Shown here one piece after another: positions 23,301 to 35,498 of a stretch of 64,000 bases of DNA. The DNA is taken from assembly GCA_000182565.2 (NCBI GenBank), contig KQ257465.1. The stretch is one strand, 5' to 3'. The notes below the pieces were generated by a model that searched no databases, was not told where the DNA came from, and worked only from the letters and a program-made list of their open reading frames with translations. Position numbers and translations under genes: made by a program. Every line of letters starts with the position of its first letter. Position 1 is the first letter of the stretch. Origin of the DNA: Spizellomyces punctatus DAOM BR117. Taxonomy: Eukaryota.

Positions 23301-25731
23301 CCATATGATTTTTCTTGTGGATGGTGAGTCCTCCTCAAGAACATGCATAACGTTTTTGACACCTTGAATAGTTGGTTGAGCCACCCCGTAAACATTCAAA
23401 CCTGGCAGCTTCCTTCAATTTGCGGCTAAATTAGCACTATTGATAATGCAAAAAAGAAGGAACCACTGTGCTGGCTGCCGCATGAGCGATACCTGAAGTT
23501 AGCTGCTCCTTCAATGGTGTCTTGTGCCTCCTTCAACCAATGATCGACCTTAAGAATTGTGTGCGCGGCAAGAACTGTTCCCTTTCGTGACTGAACCGGC
23601 GAACGGGTGGGTTACTAGAGTACCAATGAGCTATCTAAAATGTCGTCAATCACCTTGATTACGTGCTTTTCCAACTCATACGCTGTTGGGCGCGTTTTGT
23701 CCCATCCTCTTCCTTTCTGAGCTTCCATGTCAGTCGATAGTAGTGAAAGATCCTCAATTGGTCTGAATAGCTGCAATCTTGGACCGTGTACCCGAAAATT
23801 CTCAAGCATCACGGATATCTCTTCAAACGTCGGTTAACGTCTACTTAGAGGGGGCTTGCCAAGGTTATGATTACCTGGTCGCATTTTCAGCCACTCAGTG
23901 AAAGACGGCTGATATCCCTTCAAGGAATGCTCGTCGATATACGAGCAAAACGCAAGGAGGAAGAAGTATCGCTCCAAACATCCTACTGCCTTTTGCAGTG
24001 ACGTCGGATCCCCATCGACAAAGTACTCAACTCGATGCATGAGCGTAACTTCCCGGAGATTGATCATAATATCACCTAAAGGCGTGTGTGAGGATCAAGA
24101 TCGTCGTAACAAGGAAGCGGGCTGCACATTACATCTGTCAATAACTTCATCCAGCAATTTCTTGTTGTGAGGACCGTGTGAAATCACACTCGCTAGCTGT
24201 GAGATGCATTGGTAGTTTCCCAGAATAGCATTTTTGAGATCTGCAATTAGTGGACCCCGGGCAAGGACCCAATCAAGGGCCGAACCCGGATGCTGTTTCG
24301 CCGAAAGACCTAGTAGCATATATAAGAGACCGTTCCCTATGAAATCCGAAAAGAAAATCGATATCACCTTTTTCCAGGACATACATCATCCGAAGCATTG
24401 CTTTATTCTGCGCTGTAGCTTCTTCCAAGCTAAGCAGATTAGCTTGCGACCCGAGGTTTTGGGTCACCGGAATCGGGTCTTCCTCTCTTCTGGCAATGAG
24501 CTGGGCGCGCCGGATCAGGATGGCCAATACCATGGCAAACGTTGCTAATCCATCGGTTACCCCATAATCGGTGTACATCAGTTGGCCTGCTCATAAGACT
24601 TACTCCGTCCGACACCCATTCCACAATTGAAAATCAGCGCATCCTCTTTGACGGTGTCTTTGATAGCCTGTACGTACTCGTCTATGTACCTGTCTTCTGG
24701 AGCTTGTTCAGGACTTACAGGAATGCGGAAGTATTTGATGCGGAAGCCCGAAGTAACAAATGATTCAAAAACTTCGCGGGATGTTTGGATATGGTCAATG
24801 GCCATCCAAGTCGGTACTACACGACCAGGTTCTGTGCACGGAACGTGAGTCTGCTTGAACGCTCCAGATGTATACCGGTAATGCGTACCCAACTCGTCAT
24901 GAACCAGGAGCAGCCCTCCGAACCTGGCGGTTTCCTTTTCGATATCCTCCTTCAATCGCGACTCCATTTGCTCAAGTCTAGTTGCGCTGATCCCTTGCAC
25001 AAACCTTATGTTCGTGAGGGGATGCTCGATATCTCGGATTACGAAAGGCTTTCTATTCAGATAGATGATTGGTTCCTCCCTTGAAGAGAACCAGCGGAGT
25101 TGGCTTGTCCCTTGCGACGTCGGGCCGCATCCCAGCAACGTAAGAATGGTGCGAATCCTGTAGGTGGTGTGCAAATGTGACTGCCATCCCTTTGATGTTG
25201 CGTGTAGGCCACACTTTTACCCTGGAATTGTCGGTTGCGCTACCCCAAAGATATTGAGGTCGGCAGAACGGAAGTTTGGGGCGCCCTGAAGATGAAAGTC
25301 GAGTCGAGGGTTCAACCCTGTACAGGTCGACAATGGCGACGAGCACGTTAAGGTTTTTTCGTTCCAACACCACCGTTCAGTCAAACTCACCAGTGTCAAA
25401 GTGGTCACTTTTCAGAATGGTCTGCCGGCAAAGCACGGACCCTGTTGTTGCAAGGTCGAAAAGTCAACATAAACCGTTGGCCATTGTGGAAGTGCGCCCG
25501 CCCGTCACCATTGCGATTTTTGACTACAGAGTTTACAGAGTGTAGTAATTCCGCCGGGTCATTTATCACGGGAACAGAATGGGCTGGAGACAAGTCTGCA
25601 GAGGCCGGCCGCAGAGACGGCTTCCTTGGGGTTTTCGCCGTAAGGGCGTGAGGATGGGTTAAGGTGGCCATGGTGGTTGGTGATCGTCGTCGAGCGGACG
25701 CGTCAGACTCTGCCGCGTCACTTTCTCTCAA
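20319..25731 (-). CDS. Paladin-like protein with three tandem PTP-like (inositol hexakisphosphate phosphatase-like) domains, many exons
   Basis: Three repeats of GA(P/A)N(F/Y)R, GVAQPT/GIGMPT, (S/L)REEP..Y.N..P(F/Y)V.R and a P-loop (NCGMGVGR, NCQIGMGRSTTG, FNCQMG|RGRTTTG), each followed by RYF.L..F..Y. Confidence 0.88.
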
Positions 25732-26139
25732 CTACTGCATACTTGCAAATCACACATTTTCCAACAAAATCTGGCAAGAAGTATAGACCTGACAAGGCCC
25801 AAAACAGCGTTCCCACCCAATTAACAAGAATTGAATTATGCAAAGGAAACGAATACAAAAATACTGACCTGCACTGTTCCCAAGACAGCATATGCTATGG
25901 ATTGACTTTCTATCTCCGCGCATTGCACTTTTTCAGTTGGCGTTGTGATGATTGCGCTATTACATTGCTGTGCTGTGCAGCTGCTGTTCTATCGTTATTC
26001 TTGATATCTTTTATTCTTTTGATCAGTTGGAAGGATCGGCTTACATACACATAAAGCACAGTCACTGTCGTGCATTGGCATAGTGTTGAACTGACGAACG
26101 TTGGCAAGCCTTTCTACTCGTGGTCGCCTGGTCCGCATC

Positions 26140-28450
26140 ATGCTGCAGTGTTTGCTCAGGTCCCACTCTGGCTTTTCACACATATTCCGCTGTCACCGAT
26201 GGTCTACCACATCCACATCCAGTCGCTTACCGTACGGATCGGTTAGCATCTCCCGTCGCTGCACTCGCACCCTCGAAACCCCCATCCCAGGCCGTTTTAT
26301 CCACTGTGCAAAGCGAAATGAAGGACGCAACGACGTTTCAAAGGGACCGACTGCAGCAGGTAGAGACCGACGGACGGGTAGCATGTGTCAGATACTCGCG
26401 TCAATCCTTTTCGTAACTGTGTTCCCTTGTCTCGAACGTGGCAGATATTGGCGAATACAAAAGTCAAGTCCGTCAATTGAAACGAGAAGTGACTGAAGGT
26501 ATAGTTGCCCGGCATGTGGCTTGTTGGGTCATCATCATAATAATGGTGCGGTATGCTATATCTTGTCACTCCCCAGTGAAATCGAAAATAAATCGAAAGA
26601 AGACTCTACAAGGTTCACAAAAGGTGGTAGGCCTTGCTATGATGAGGTGAGTGATTTGCAGATCTTGTCAGCCGTTTGATGTGAAATCCGAATATTGAAA
26701 ACGCGCATTTGTTAGCAACATTGCCTTATTCTCTGGCAAGTTGTACGCAGCCATACAGTCGGGATCGGCGTCAATGTTTTCAGAGTGAGTGGTGACGTGC
26801 ATCAGCCCTAGATCGCACCATAAACTGTAATATTTGCATATGTGTTCAGAGCATTACATTCCCTTGCAGATGGTGAGTACAAGATCTGATGAAGTTGCCA
26901 ATGTCTGAATGTCTTCTAAGTTCTTCTTGTATTGGTGCACAGCTTTGAACGAGAGGTGAGGACCACATCGTACATGGGTGAATTTCACGAGATCTTATGA
27001 TTTTATATAACCCTAGCCTGCTTATGTGGGGTAGGGAATCCTCTTGGATCCTCGATAATGGCTTTGAGTAACTCCTTTGTCCTCGCATATCACAGGAATA
27101 TGGCGATCGTTACGAGAACCAGGTATGGGTGAATGTTACTTGTAATGTAAAATTGGATACATTATGCTTAGTATCGGAACAGATCCTCAACATCCATACG
27201 GCTTCACTGCTGAGCGCTACGCATGGGCGCTTGTGAGCGGCGTCGGTCTGTGCCCCCTCGTTTGCAAATGCGCGGATGAGTGATATCTTACACGATTTGG
27301 AACGGCAGGCGTCTTCTTTTTAGGTGGAGGGGTGTCCATTTATCATGGCATAAGCGGCCTCATGGCAGCTCACCACGCCCTTGGGGATGTTACCTCCTCT
27401 TGGATCGTCCTGGGCGCGTCGCTTTTGTTTGAAGGAGGTATGCATCTAAAGTGAAGTAATGAGGGTTACAGATGAGTTTATCTTTCCCGATAGGCACAAT
27501 GACTTATGCCTGGCGACATATATCAAAGAGCGCAGAAGCAGCAGGTGTCAGCGTTCTGGAGTATTTGCGACGAGGGGCAGATCCAACCGCCGTACAGGTG
27601 TTTATGGAGGTATAAATGTCATATTGCACCAGCCATTCCGTGCTTCTGTATTCAAAAATATCCCTTTCTGTAGGATTGCGCGGCGGTTGCAGGAGTGGTT
27701 GTGGCGGGATCCTGCTTAACGCTATCAAAACTGTTGAACCTTCCTGTGATTGATTCGATCGGATCGATTACCATCGGGATATTACTGAGTTGCGTTGCAA
27801 CATTTTTGATAAGAAGAAATATAGCCGGACTTGTAGAGACCAGCATGCCGGCACACCGGCAAGCAGAGATCGTTCGCGAGTTGGAGAGTGATCCCGTCGT
27901 CAGGTGAGCTACGTTCATTAGACATCGATAACATACATCCGAGATTTTGATTCGATGCCCGGCAGCTCCGTACAAGACATAAAATCAACTGCCCTCGGTC
28001 CCGAATGGGCGCGCTTCAAGGGTAAATATTTGTCCGTCGAGGTGCATTCTATTGCGGAACGCGATGTCATTGACTGGCTGTGCAGCCGAAATCCTCTTCA
28101 ATGGAGAAGAGGTGACTCGCAGATACATCACTCGGAATCCAGAGCTATTTGCCATGGAATATGAACAACTCAAGAAGCTGAAAACAAGAGAGGAAGTGGA
28201 AGTTTGGCTTGAGAGACAGGGAGGTAGAGTCGTATCCACGTTGGGGAGCGAAGTAGACAGGCTAGAGTTCAACATAATGGTGAGTTGCATCCCAAAATTA
28301 GTTTGGCATGATTCCAATGTTTAACCATATTTTAAAGACCAAGAGACCGGAAGTGAAGCATATCGATTTAGAAATGTAAGACGGACTGGGGTAGTCGCGA
28401 CACCTCTTTTAATTCAGAACTGACTTTCATGACATTGTTACAGTTTGTAG
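26140..28450 (+). CDS. Cation diffusion facilitator, ZnT9/SLC30A9-like (probably mitochondrial)
   Basis: Basic N-terminal presequence, then spliced SGSASMFSEALHSLADALNESLLMWGIWRSLREPDPQHPYGFTAERYAWALVSGVG, ADPTAVQVFMED, DSIGSITIGILL, RFKAEILFNG, LGSEVDRLE and HIDLEIL*. Confidence 0.88.
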
Positions 28451-28662
28451 TCAAATTGCTTAAATGCAAAAGGGCGATACAGTGGTATGGATATCATCCG
28501 AAGGCCAAGGACCCGACCACGCGATCAGCCACGCGCAAACTGCGGTCTGAATTCAATCATTTTGGCATTTGTACATATTTTTGTGTAATAGATGCATGGA
28601 CGTAATGCACATCGAGTTGTGATTATTTGGTTGATGCTTGCTAGAATTTTGTACACATGACC

Positions 28663-30544
28663 CTATCCGGGATCTCTGTCGGTGTGTGGCGATGATGGAC
28701 GTCTGTCTGAGTAATGTCGACCGCCATCTTTATATGGTCCTCTCTGCTCATATGGTCCTCGCCCGAACCGAGGATGCATGCCAGGTTCCATAGGAAAATA
28801 AGGTCTACAGATAGCGATGTGACCGGGATATGTTTAGATATTTCAGGCGCACGAATGTAACTGAATCAGGCCTTCTCACCTATCGCCCCGCATGCCGCTT
28901 CGGCCGCTGGGCCTACCAGGCATCGGACCTCTTGGTCCGAATGGATCATATCCCGCTCCTGGCATGACGTCAGGAGGCATAAACGGTGGGGGCATATGTC
29001 CGTACGGATCCTGTAATACCACATAAATCAGTTTCCGGTAGTTCCACCCTCAACGCGCATACGCACCGGTCCCCCAAACATTCCCATAGGTGGCGGCCCT
29101 GCAATATATTAGGTAAGGGCCACGATCACGTCCCGCCACACCAGACATTGGACCAAACTCTCTTACCATTGAAATCTGGAGCGCCATATCCGTTCCCATG
29201 ATACCGCATGTCACGTATGCCATCTGGCACTGGTCTATGATGGTGGCGAAGCTCAGGTTGATGATTACTGATGGAACGTCATATTTGATATACCTATCCA
29301 ATCCTGGTTCAATTGGTGTGATTTCAATCACTTCCTCGTCCTCCCTCATCCGCTTTCCTGCATGGATATTCAGCTAGGCAGCCCGCATCGGACATTAAAA
29401 GCAAACTCAGAACGCGGACCTGGTCGCAACTCTTGGCCGGGTCGATGCACTCCCGGGTGGTACGGTGGCATGAACGCTTGCATGTCGGCGGTGTACTCAA
29501 CTGTGTTCTGTTGTCTTGCGGCTGATCCCTGCTGTCGACGGGACGACGAGGTTAGAAGGCTCAAAAGACTGTCAAAAGACATATGCCGCGCCTCACCTGC
29601 GTTTGGTCTTCCCTGGTACCCTTCTGTTTTGCACAATAGGCTTTCCACGTTTGTTCATTGAATCCGTAATTGAAATAGTCGGTAATATCTGCACCTGGCT
29701 TTCTCCAGGGCTTATCCTCAAACGCATCGATGTCCACATCAAATATATCCTGGCCCTCGAATTGGCCAACAGCATCAATATCAACAACTGCTTTGACAAC
29801 AACTGGAGGTGGGGCTGGTGGTGCGACGGTGCCGTCTACGCAACAAGTGAAAACAAATAAGGGTTATTTGCCCCCAAGGGTGAGGACATTCACACCGTAC
29901 CTTGTCGGGGTATTGGCAGACCAACGACCCTTACGGCGGATCGTGTAATAGGACTTGGCCTATGGCGTTTTATCAGCACAGTCATTTCTCGTACAGCTCA
30001 AAAAAAATCCAGACAGCTTACTTTTCTACGGTTGTGCCATTCACCTGGTTTACTTGCGCCGGTGGAGCTGGCACTGTACTGGCCGGTGTGCTGGAGCTGG
30101 GAGCCGCGGTATCGAGGACGATTTCTATATCCTATCCCAAGACTGGGCTTTAATGCCAACATATCATAAAATGCTTAGAGACGATATGAGATACATCGTC
30201 GCTATCGTCATCCTCGTATTCGTCTTCTTCCCCCACTGCTGTCAACTGTTATGTTACTTGCTCCGCATAAACCGCTGCACGCAAAGAAGCACATACCATT
30301 CCGAACCCTCGTCTCTGCGCTTGAGTTCGCACCGATATCATATACTTCGTCATCCTCTGGGGGCTCATAAGGAACGTCGTCTTCTTCTTCACTGACTGGC
30401 TCAACCAAGCTCTGCTGGGGTTGCTCTAGAAGACGGGAAAGCATTCAAATTGACTCCACAGGAGCAGTTACGTGACGCTCAGGACTAACTCTGCACATCA
30501 GCTGTGGCCGACTCTCCGAATAGAAATTCATCTAGTTCGTCCAT
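28663..30544 (-). CDS. FIP1: Pre-mRNA polyadenylation factor Fip1
   Basis: Acidic N-terminus, the Fip1 motif [42 protein letters not shown] (about 29620-29750, in a frame absent from the ORF track) and a Pro/Gly/Arg-rich tail. Confidence 0.92.
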
Positions 30545-30768
30545 GTCGAGGCGGTTATCCGAGATCAAAGAAACCCAAGTTGTCAGTGAATTCATCTTCT
30601 TGTCCACGTGACACATTATGACCTCTTATTCAAAATTGAAGTTATTCAAGGTCTATTGCTTTGAGTTTATGCCATGTAAATCATCACTATAATATACAAT
30701 CACCAAGACGCAGTCAATCGTCTTAACAGATTTGTTCACAGGCTATCAAACCACTATCAACTATATGC

Positions 30769-32351
30769 TTATGACGACGTAGTATCCCGGAGAGGGCGAT
30801 GGAGAGGCTCGACTGCTTGCGGCCACCAATCTGGGGCAAAAGGTCGCACCTTCAAGCCAGTTTCAGAGACCAAACTCGCTGGAGCGTCTCCATGTTCGCT
30901 TGGCTTATTACCCTCAATGTTCATGGTCACATTCTCCAAACGCATCAGAGCCAATCCAACATTATATATCCCCGAGCAAACCTTCCCTACCCCACCTGCA
31001 GCGCGCCTCCTAGCAGGTCGTACTGGCTCTGGTCCCCCATTGATTGTGATATCTGTGTTGGGAAGAGGAAGAGGGTTGGAAAAGCTTCTTTCAACATGGA
31101 TAGATGAAGGCGGGCTACAGAAAATCTGCATTAGTATGACTATCGCATATACAGTAGCCAAGTCAAATCAAAGACTAACTTGTCACTATCCTGGTAAAAC
31201 TGTACCGGTACAATGCGTTTACGTGTTACACCGGTATGGTACGTCCGTATTGTCAGCTCTTGACCCAAATAACAACCTTTGCGGAAGTCCACTAAAATGA
31301 CGACACACCGACTCGTATGAGCGTCGCGCTAGAGAAGTGGGTCATACCGAGTTTACCTCCAGACAGAAGATCTAAATTTGATTCTAGGGGAAGTGATACA
31401 CCAGAAAAGAAGTCATCTGCGCCTTCGGGTATCCCATATAGTATACGTCTGACGGTGTATTCATCGAGCGATGTCTCAGTAAAACTAGACGGTAATGGCA
31501 CTGCTATGTATGTTAGTTCTAATAGATACTCCTCGAGGAACGCGGTAGATACTCACTCAGTCCATCTCCCTCTACCACAACCCTCAACCCGAGCTCTGGA
31601 TGACGCGGGTCCTTGCAACCCATATCACAGAATCTCTCTTTGGGCAACACGCTCCCAATGGGCATATGCTTCCCTGCCGCGCCACTAACTGTTGGGACGT
31701 AATTTCCCCAAAGAAGTGACGCCGTGGGGCCCCAAACCTGATACGCACGGTATCTCGCGCTTTCGTCAGATATCGAGAGCTTTGCACGTAGCTTGTACCG
31801 CTTGAGGTGCGCCAGCATGGCCGAAGTGTGACGAGCGTCATGCTCAATGATATAGCATGGATGAGGGAAACTATCGCCCTTATTTTTGGGGTAAATGAAG
31901 GCGTCATATAAGATCCTACCCTATATAACTAGTGTAAGTGGACGCCAACCTGCTCCTGTTAGTTTCAACTAGACTTACCTGTGCTGACAAAAAAGCGCAA
32001 AAAATACCGTCGCCCCCTCTTTCCACCTTTGATATTTGGTTTGTTACCAAACCTTGCAAAAACTTTGCTGCATCTGGACCATCTAACTGGAGAAACCCAC
32101 GGTTGCTCAAGCATGCAAACTGGTCAGCGCTGTTGGAATTACGAAGATAATCCCGATAAGAGGATGTAGACAGCGTGCAAACTGCATGCTTTTGCCTTGG
32201 AAGTGTGAGTTTAGGGCTTCGGGACACGAGCAACAATGGAATGACTGTCAAACATGAGAATGAGATATTGCTGGTTGGCAAAATTGCGGTTTCAATGCTC
32301 ACCACGACTCTGGCGTTCCCGAAGACAACGGGAGAAACTTGACGTGATCAT
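30769..32351 (-). CDS. IBA57: Mitochondrial Fe-S assembly factor Iba57/Caf17 (YgfZ family)
   Basis: [52 protein letters not shown] and [10 protein letters not shown]. The likely ATG is 32351, with a presequence-like first exon. Confidence 0.92.
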
Positions 32352-32526
32352 GTTACAGGCTGTTGACTTCACAAGTCCAACTGTCGAGAATGTGTCAGCA
32401 CGCTGTGCCATGACTGTTGCCAAGGTCGGTTGCTATGCGTGCTACCATCATCGCTCACGGACGCGCAGCTCTTTGCTCGCTGAATCTGTTAACGTTCGCG
32501 TATTAGTTGAAAGCCTGACGTTCATT

Positions 32527-32915
32527 ATGGTGCGTTGTCGGTATCCTTTAAGAAATATGCAAGTCAGAGCATCCTTATGCATATCGTACTTTTAACCGGA
32601 TAGGCCAGTGCGTCGGACCGACTAGTTGGAAGTTTCCTCATTCTCTTTAGTCTTTCAGTCTTCTTGTATTATACGCTTTGGACTCTTGTGCTGGTACGCT
32701 AGTCCAGGCCTGCAATCTCCAGAATATTTATAACGTTCCTCACCGTTATCCCATAGCCGTTTGTAGATACGACACACCCCCTCCACTCGTATTTTCCCGC
32801 CCCAGAATGGGCAATCCGTGTACCAGTAATTCTGTTAATAAGTGGGGTCTCCATGATTGTTGCCTTCATATCACTAGTTATGATTAGGAGCGGAAAGAGG
32901 AAGAAGAGCAGCTGA
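32527..32915 (+). CDS. DPM2: Dolichol-phosphate mannose synthase regulatory subunit 2
   Basis: ATG|intron 32530-32603|ASASDRLVGSFLILFSLSVFLYYTLWTLVL|intron 32694-32756|PFVDTTHPLHSYFPAPEWAIRVPVILL...VMIRSGKRKKSS*. This gene is absent from the ORF track. Confidence 0.9.
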
Positions 32916-34084
32916 TACAGCCATTATGACAGGGTTTTGCTAAACCCAATACGCTGACAGCCTGGCGACCTGTGAGGGTGGAGGGCTGAGGGAAGAGCGC
33001 GAAGTACGACGGTTAATGGCCTGGAATTTGGACGGGTTTATCGTGTTATGCTGATGATTATATATGAGAACCAGAAAAGAAGGAGTTGAGCAGTGTTGAG
33101 GGTGGTTCGCATTGACAGGACGGTTACCGTCAAATATACCATTATTGGGGATGATTCTTTGAATATAGTTTGCTCATTGTGCGTACCACGCCGCGATTGC
33201 TACGCCATGCATCTTTCACTGCTTTCTGCAGCTGAGTAACGGATCTGTGAACAGGTAACATTCACTATGGTGTCATGTGAATCATGTGTTAGAGTTAGGG
33301 TTAGGATGAGCGTGCCCTCGGAACCACGACTAATGTTCACCATTTCTCCATCATTCAGTAAGATAGAAAGTCAAGACATTCCTCTAGGTGCATTCACAGT
33401 TACAGCACCGCCCAATTTCACTAAGTTACTTGTTCCGATCTGATTAACTGGTCGCTATCGAATGGGCGTCGAGGGACAAAGATACTACGCCAAAATTGCT
33501 TCTAGTCACATCAGTGAATGATCTTCTCTGAGAGGTTGCAGATTGCCCAGGTATCAGCGTCAGGATGCCCATATGCACATCCCACACCGGAAGCCTTGCC
33601 GAACAGGATCCTACGCGCTGTTGCTTAACCTGTATCTTTTTCTCTGGGCGTACGGATAAACTGAGGAAGAGGATGAGATGACAACACGGCAAGCTTTCCA
33701 CGGCGGCATCCGAGAGCGCGACAACCAGCGGTTTTGGCACCCTATTCCCACCTCTTCATTGTGTTTACCAAACTGACGGGCTCAAAAGGCCCGTTCTGCT
33801 CAGCTAACGTTGAAAAAATCTAAGTATTGAGGTACAAACTTTGCACATCGCCGTAACCTTTAACAGCAAACACAACACACATATCAGGACAACCAGCACA
33901 ACGGCCCAGCCCGCTATTTACAAGGCCCCCCACCAGCTTGCAATAAGTAAGGCCTTTCGTTTCCGCCGTCCATAAATGATAAAAAGAAAGAAAAGCGGCA
34001 TTTCTGGCCGCCATCGCCGCAGTAGAATGCTCCGAAAGAAAAGTCCTCTAGTGAGCCCCAGATCCTCAGGATAGCTTCATTTAT

Positions 34085-35046
34085 CTAGCAGGCACACATT
34101 CCTGAAGACTCTGCATTTTCATCTCCATGCACTTGAACAGCGCCGGGTCGTGGCCCTTGCTGTTTTTGCCACAGAGACGGTGTTTCAGAAATCTGGACAG
34201 GTGGTATAGACGTCAGTAAGGGCTTTACTCGTGATACTTAATCATCTAGCACTCTCACCTTCCTTACAACTTCCACAAAAGCATCCATGACGCCAGTCTT
34301 TGTCTTTGCGCTGGTCTCGATAAACAGAGTGCCCATCTTCCGGGCAAATGCTTCCCCTTCCTTCCGCGAAACTTCTCGCACCCCGGAAGTGTCCTTATCG
34401 CATTTATTTCCCACAATCATTTTGATCACATCCCGACTGGATGAGTATGTGTCTAACTCTGTAAACCACAGTTGCAGGTGTTCGAATGTTTGCCGATTTG
34501 AAACGTCATAGACTAAATCGTAATCAGTGACATTTCCGCATAATTGTCAACTAAGTCAGTCGTCTTTCTTACCAAGAATCACACCTTGCGCTCCACGATA
34601 GTAACTGGATGTGAGAGTGCGGAAGCGTTCCTGACCAGCCGTATCCTGCAGAGGATGGTACGTTGGCGCGTCTCGTACTCCAATCTTGCTACAACACGTT
34701 GCCTTACCCAAATGGCCAACTTGAATCTCTTGTCGTCCACATCAACGATTTTCACTTTGAAGTCCACTCCTAAGATACGTGCGGCAGATAAATAAGTACA
34801 GACCTTCATCAAGTGTCATGTAGGTTTCGCAAGTTCTCTACTAGAATCCAAATCTTGACCATACTGAACCCTTGCGGCAAACCACACAATCCTACCTATT
34901 GTAGCAGATGTCTGGTCAGGTTGCAACCACGTATCGTCCGTGAACCTCAATAACAGGGATGATTTTCCCGTCCCAGAGTCCCCTATGAGAAGGAGCTTGA
35001 AAGTTGCAGAAACCTCACGATCGGGAGGACTTGACGCAATAGACAT
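34085..35046 (-). CDS. RAB18: Rab18-family small GTPase
   Basis: [67 protein letters not shown] and a C-terminal CAC prenylation motif. Confidence 0.92.
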
Positions 35047-35498
35047 TATGTTTCAAAGGTGGTTCCAGTAAAATCTGCAACTCAGTGCTGCGGGATATGA
35101 GAGAAATAGCCAAAGACTTTGAATATACGGTGGGGAAAGCAGAATAGACTTGGATGAGGCTCGAATGGAACTAACCAGGAGAATAATAGGGATGGAATTT
35201 ACTCTCTGTACGTTATATCAAAAAACACCGAGACAAGCAGCGTAAAAGCGCCAATAACTAAAATAAAAAAAAAACAAAGAAAATAGCAGAATCCAATGAG
35301 GCCGCCGCTGTTGATTTTCAAGTCGAAAAAGAGGTGGAAATGCGGCAATGGCACCAACGGAGTTTTCGATAGCGGACAGCGAGGGGTGAGCGACGGCACG
35401 TCATCTCGTGGTAGGATCATGTGACAACGATCGTTTCGGACAGGTTTTCGGACAGCAATGCACTCGTTTGGCCAAACGGTTGGCAATCTCCTTGCGAG

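Noticed and set aside
20319-25731. Triple-domain paladin-like phosphatase as a novelty
   Set aside because: The three-repeat architecture is known for paladin-like proteins outside animals, so it is listed as a feature only.
32541-32603. U12-type donor-like GTATCCTTT and a TTTTAAC branch-like sequence in DPM2 intron 1
   Set aside because: Using this donor puts DPM2 out of frame, whereas the GTGCGT donor at 32530 gives the correct protein.
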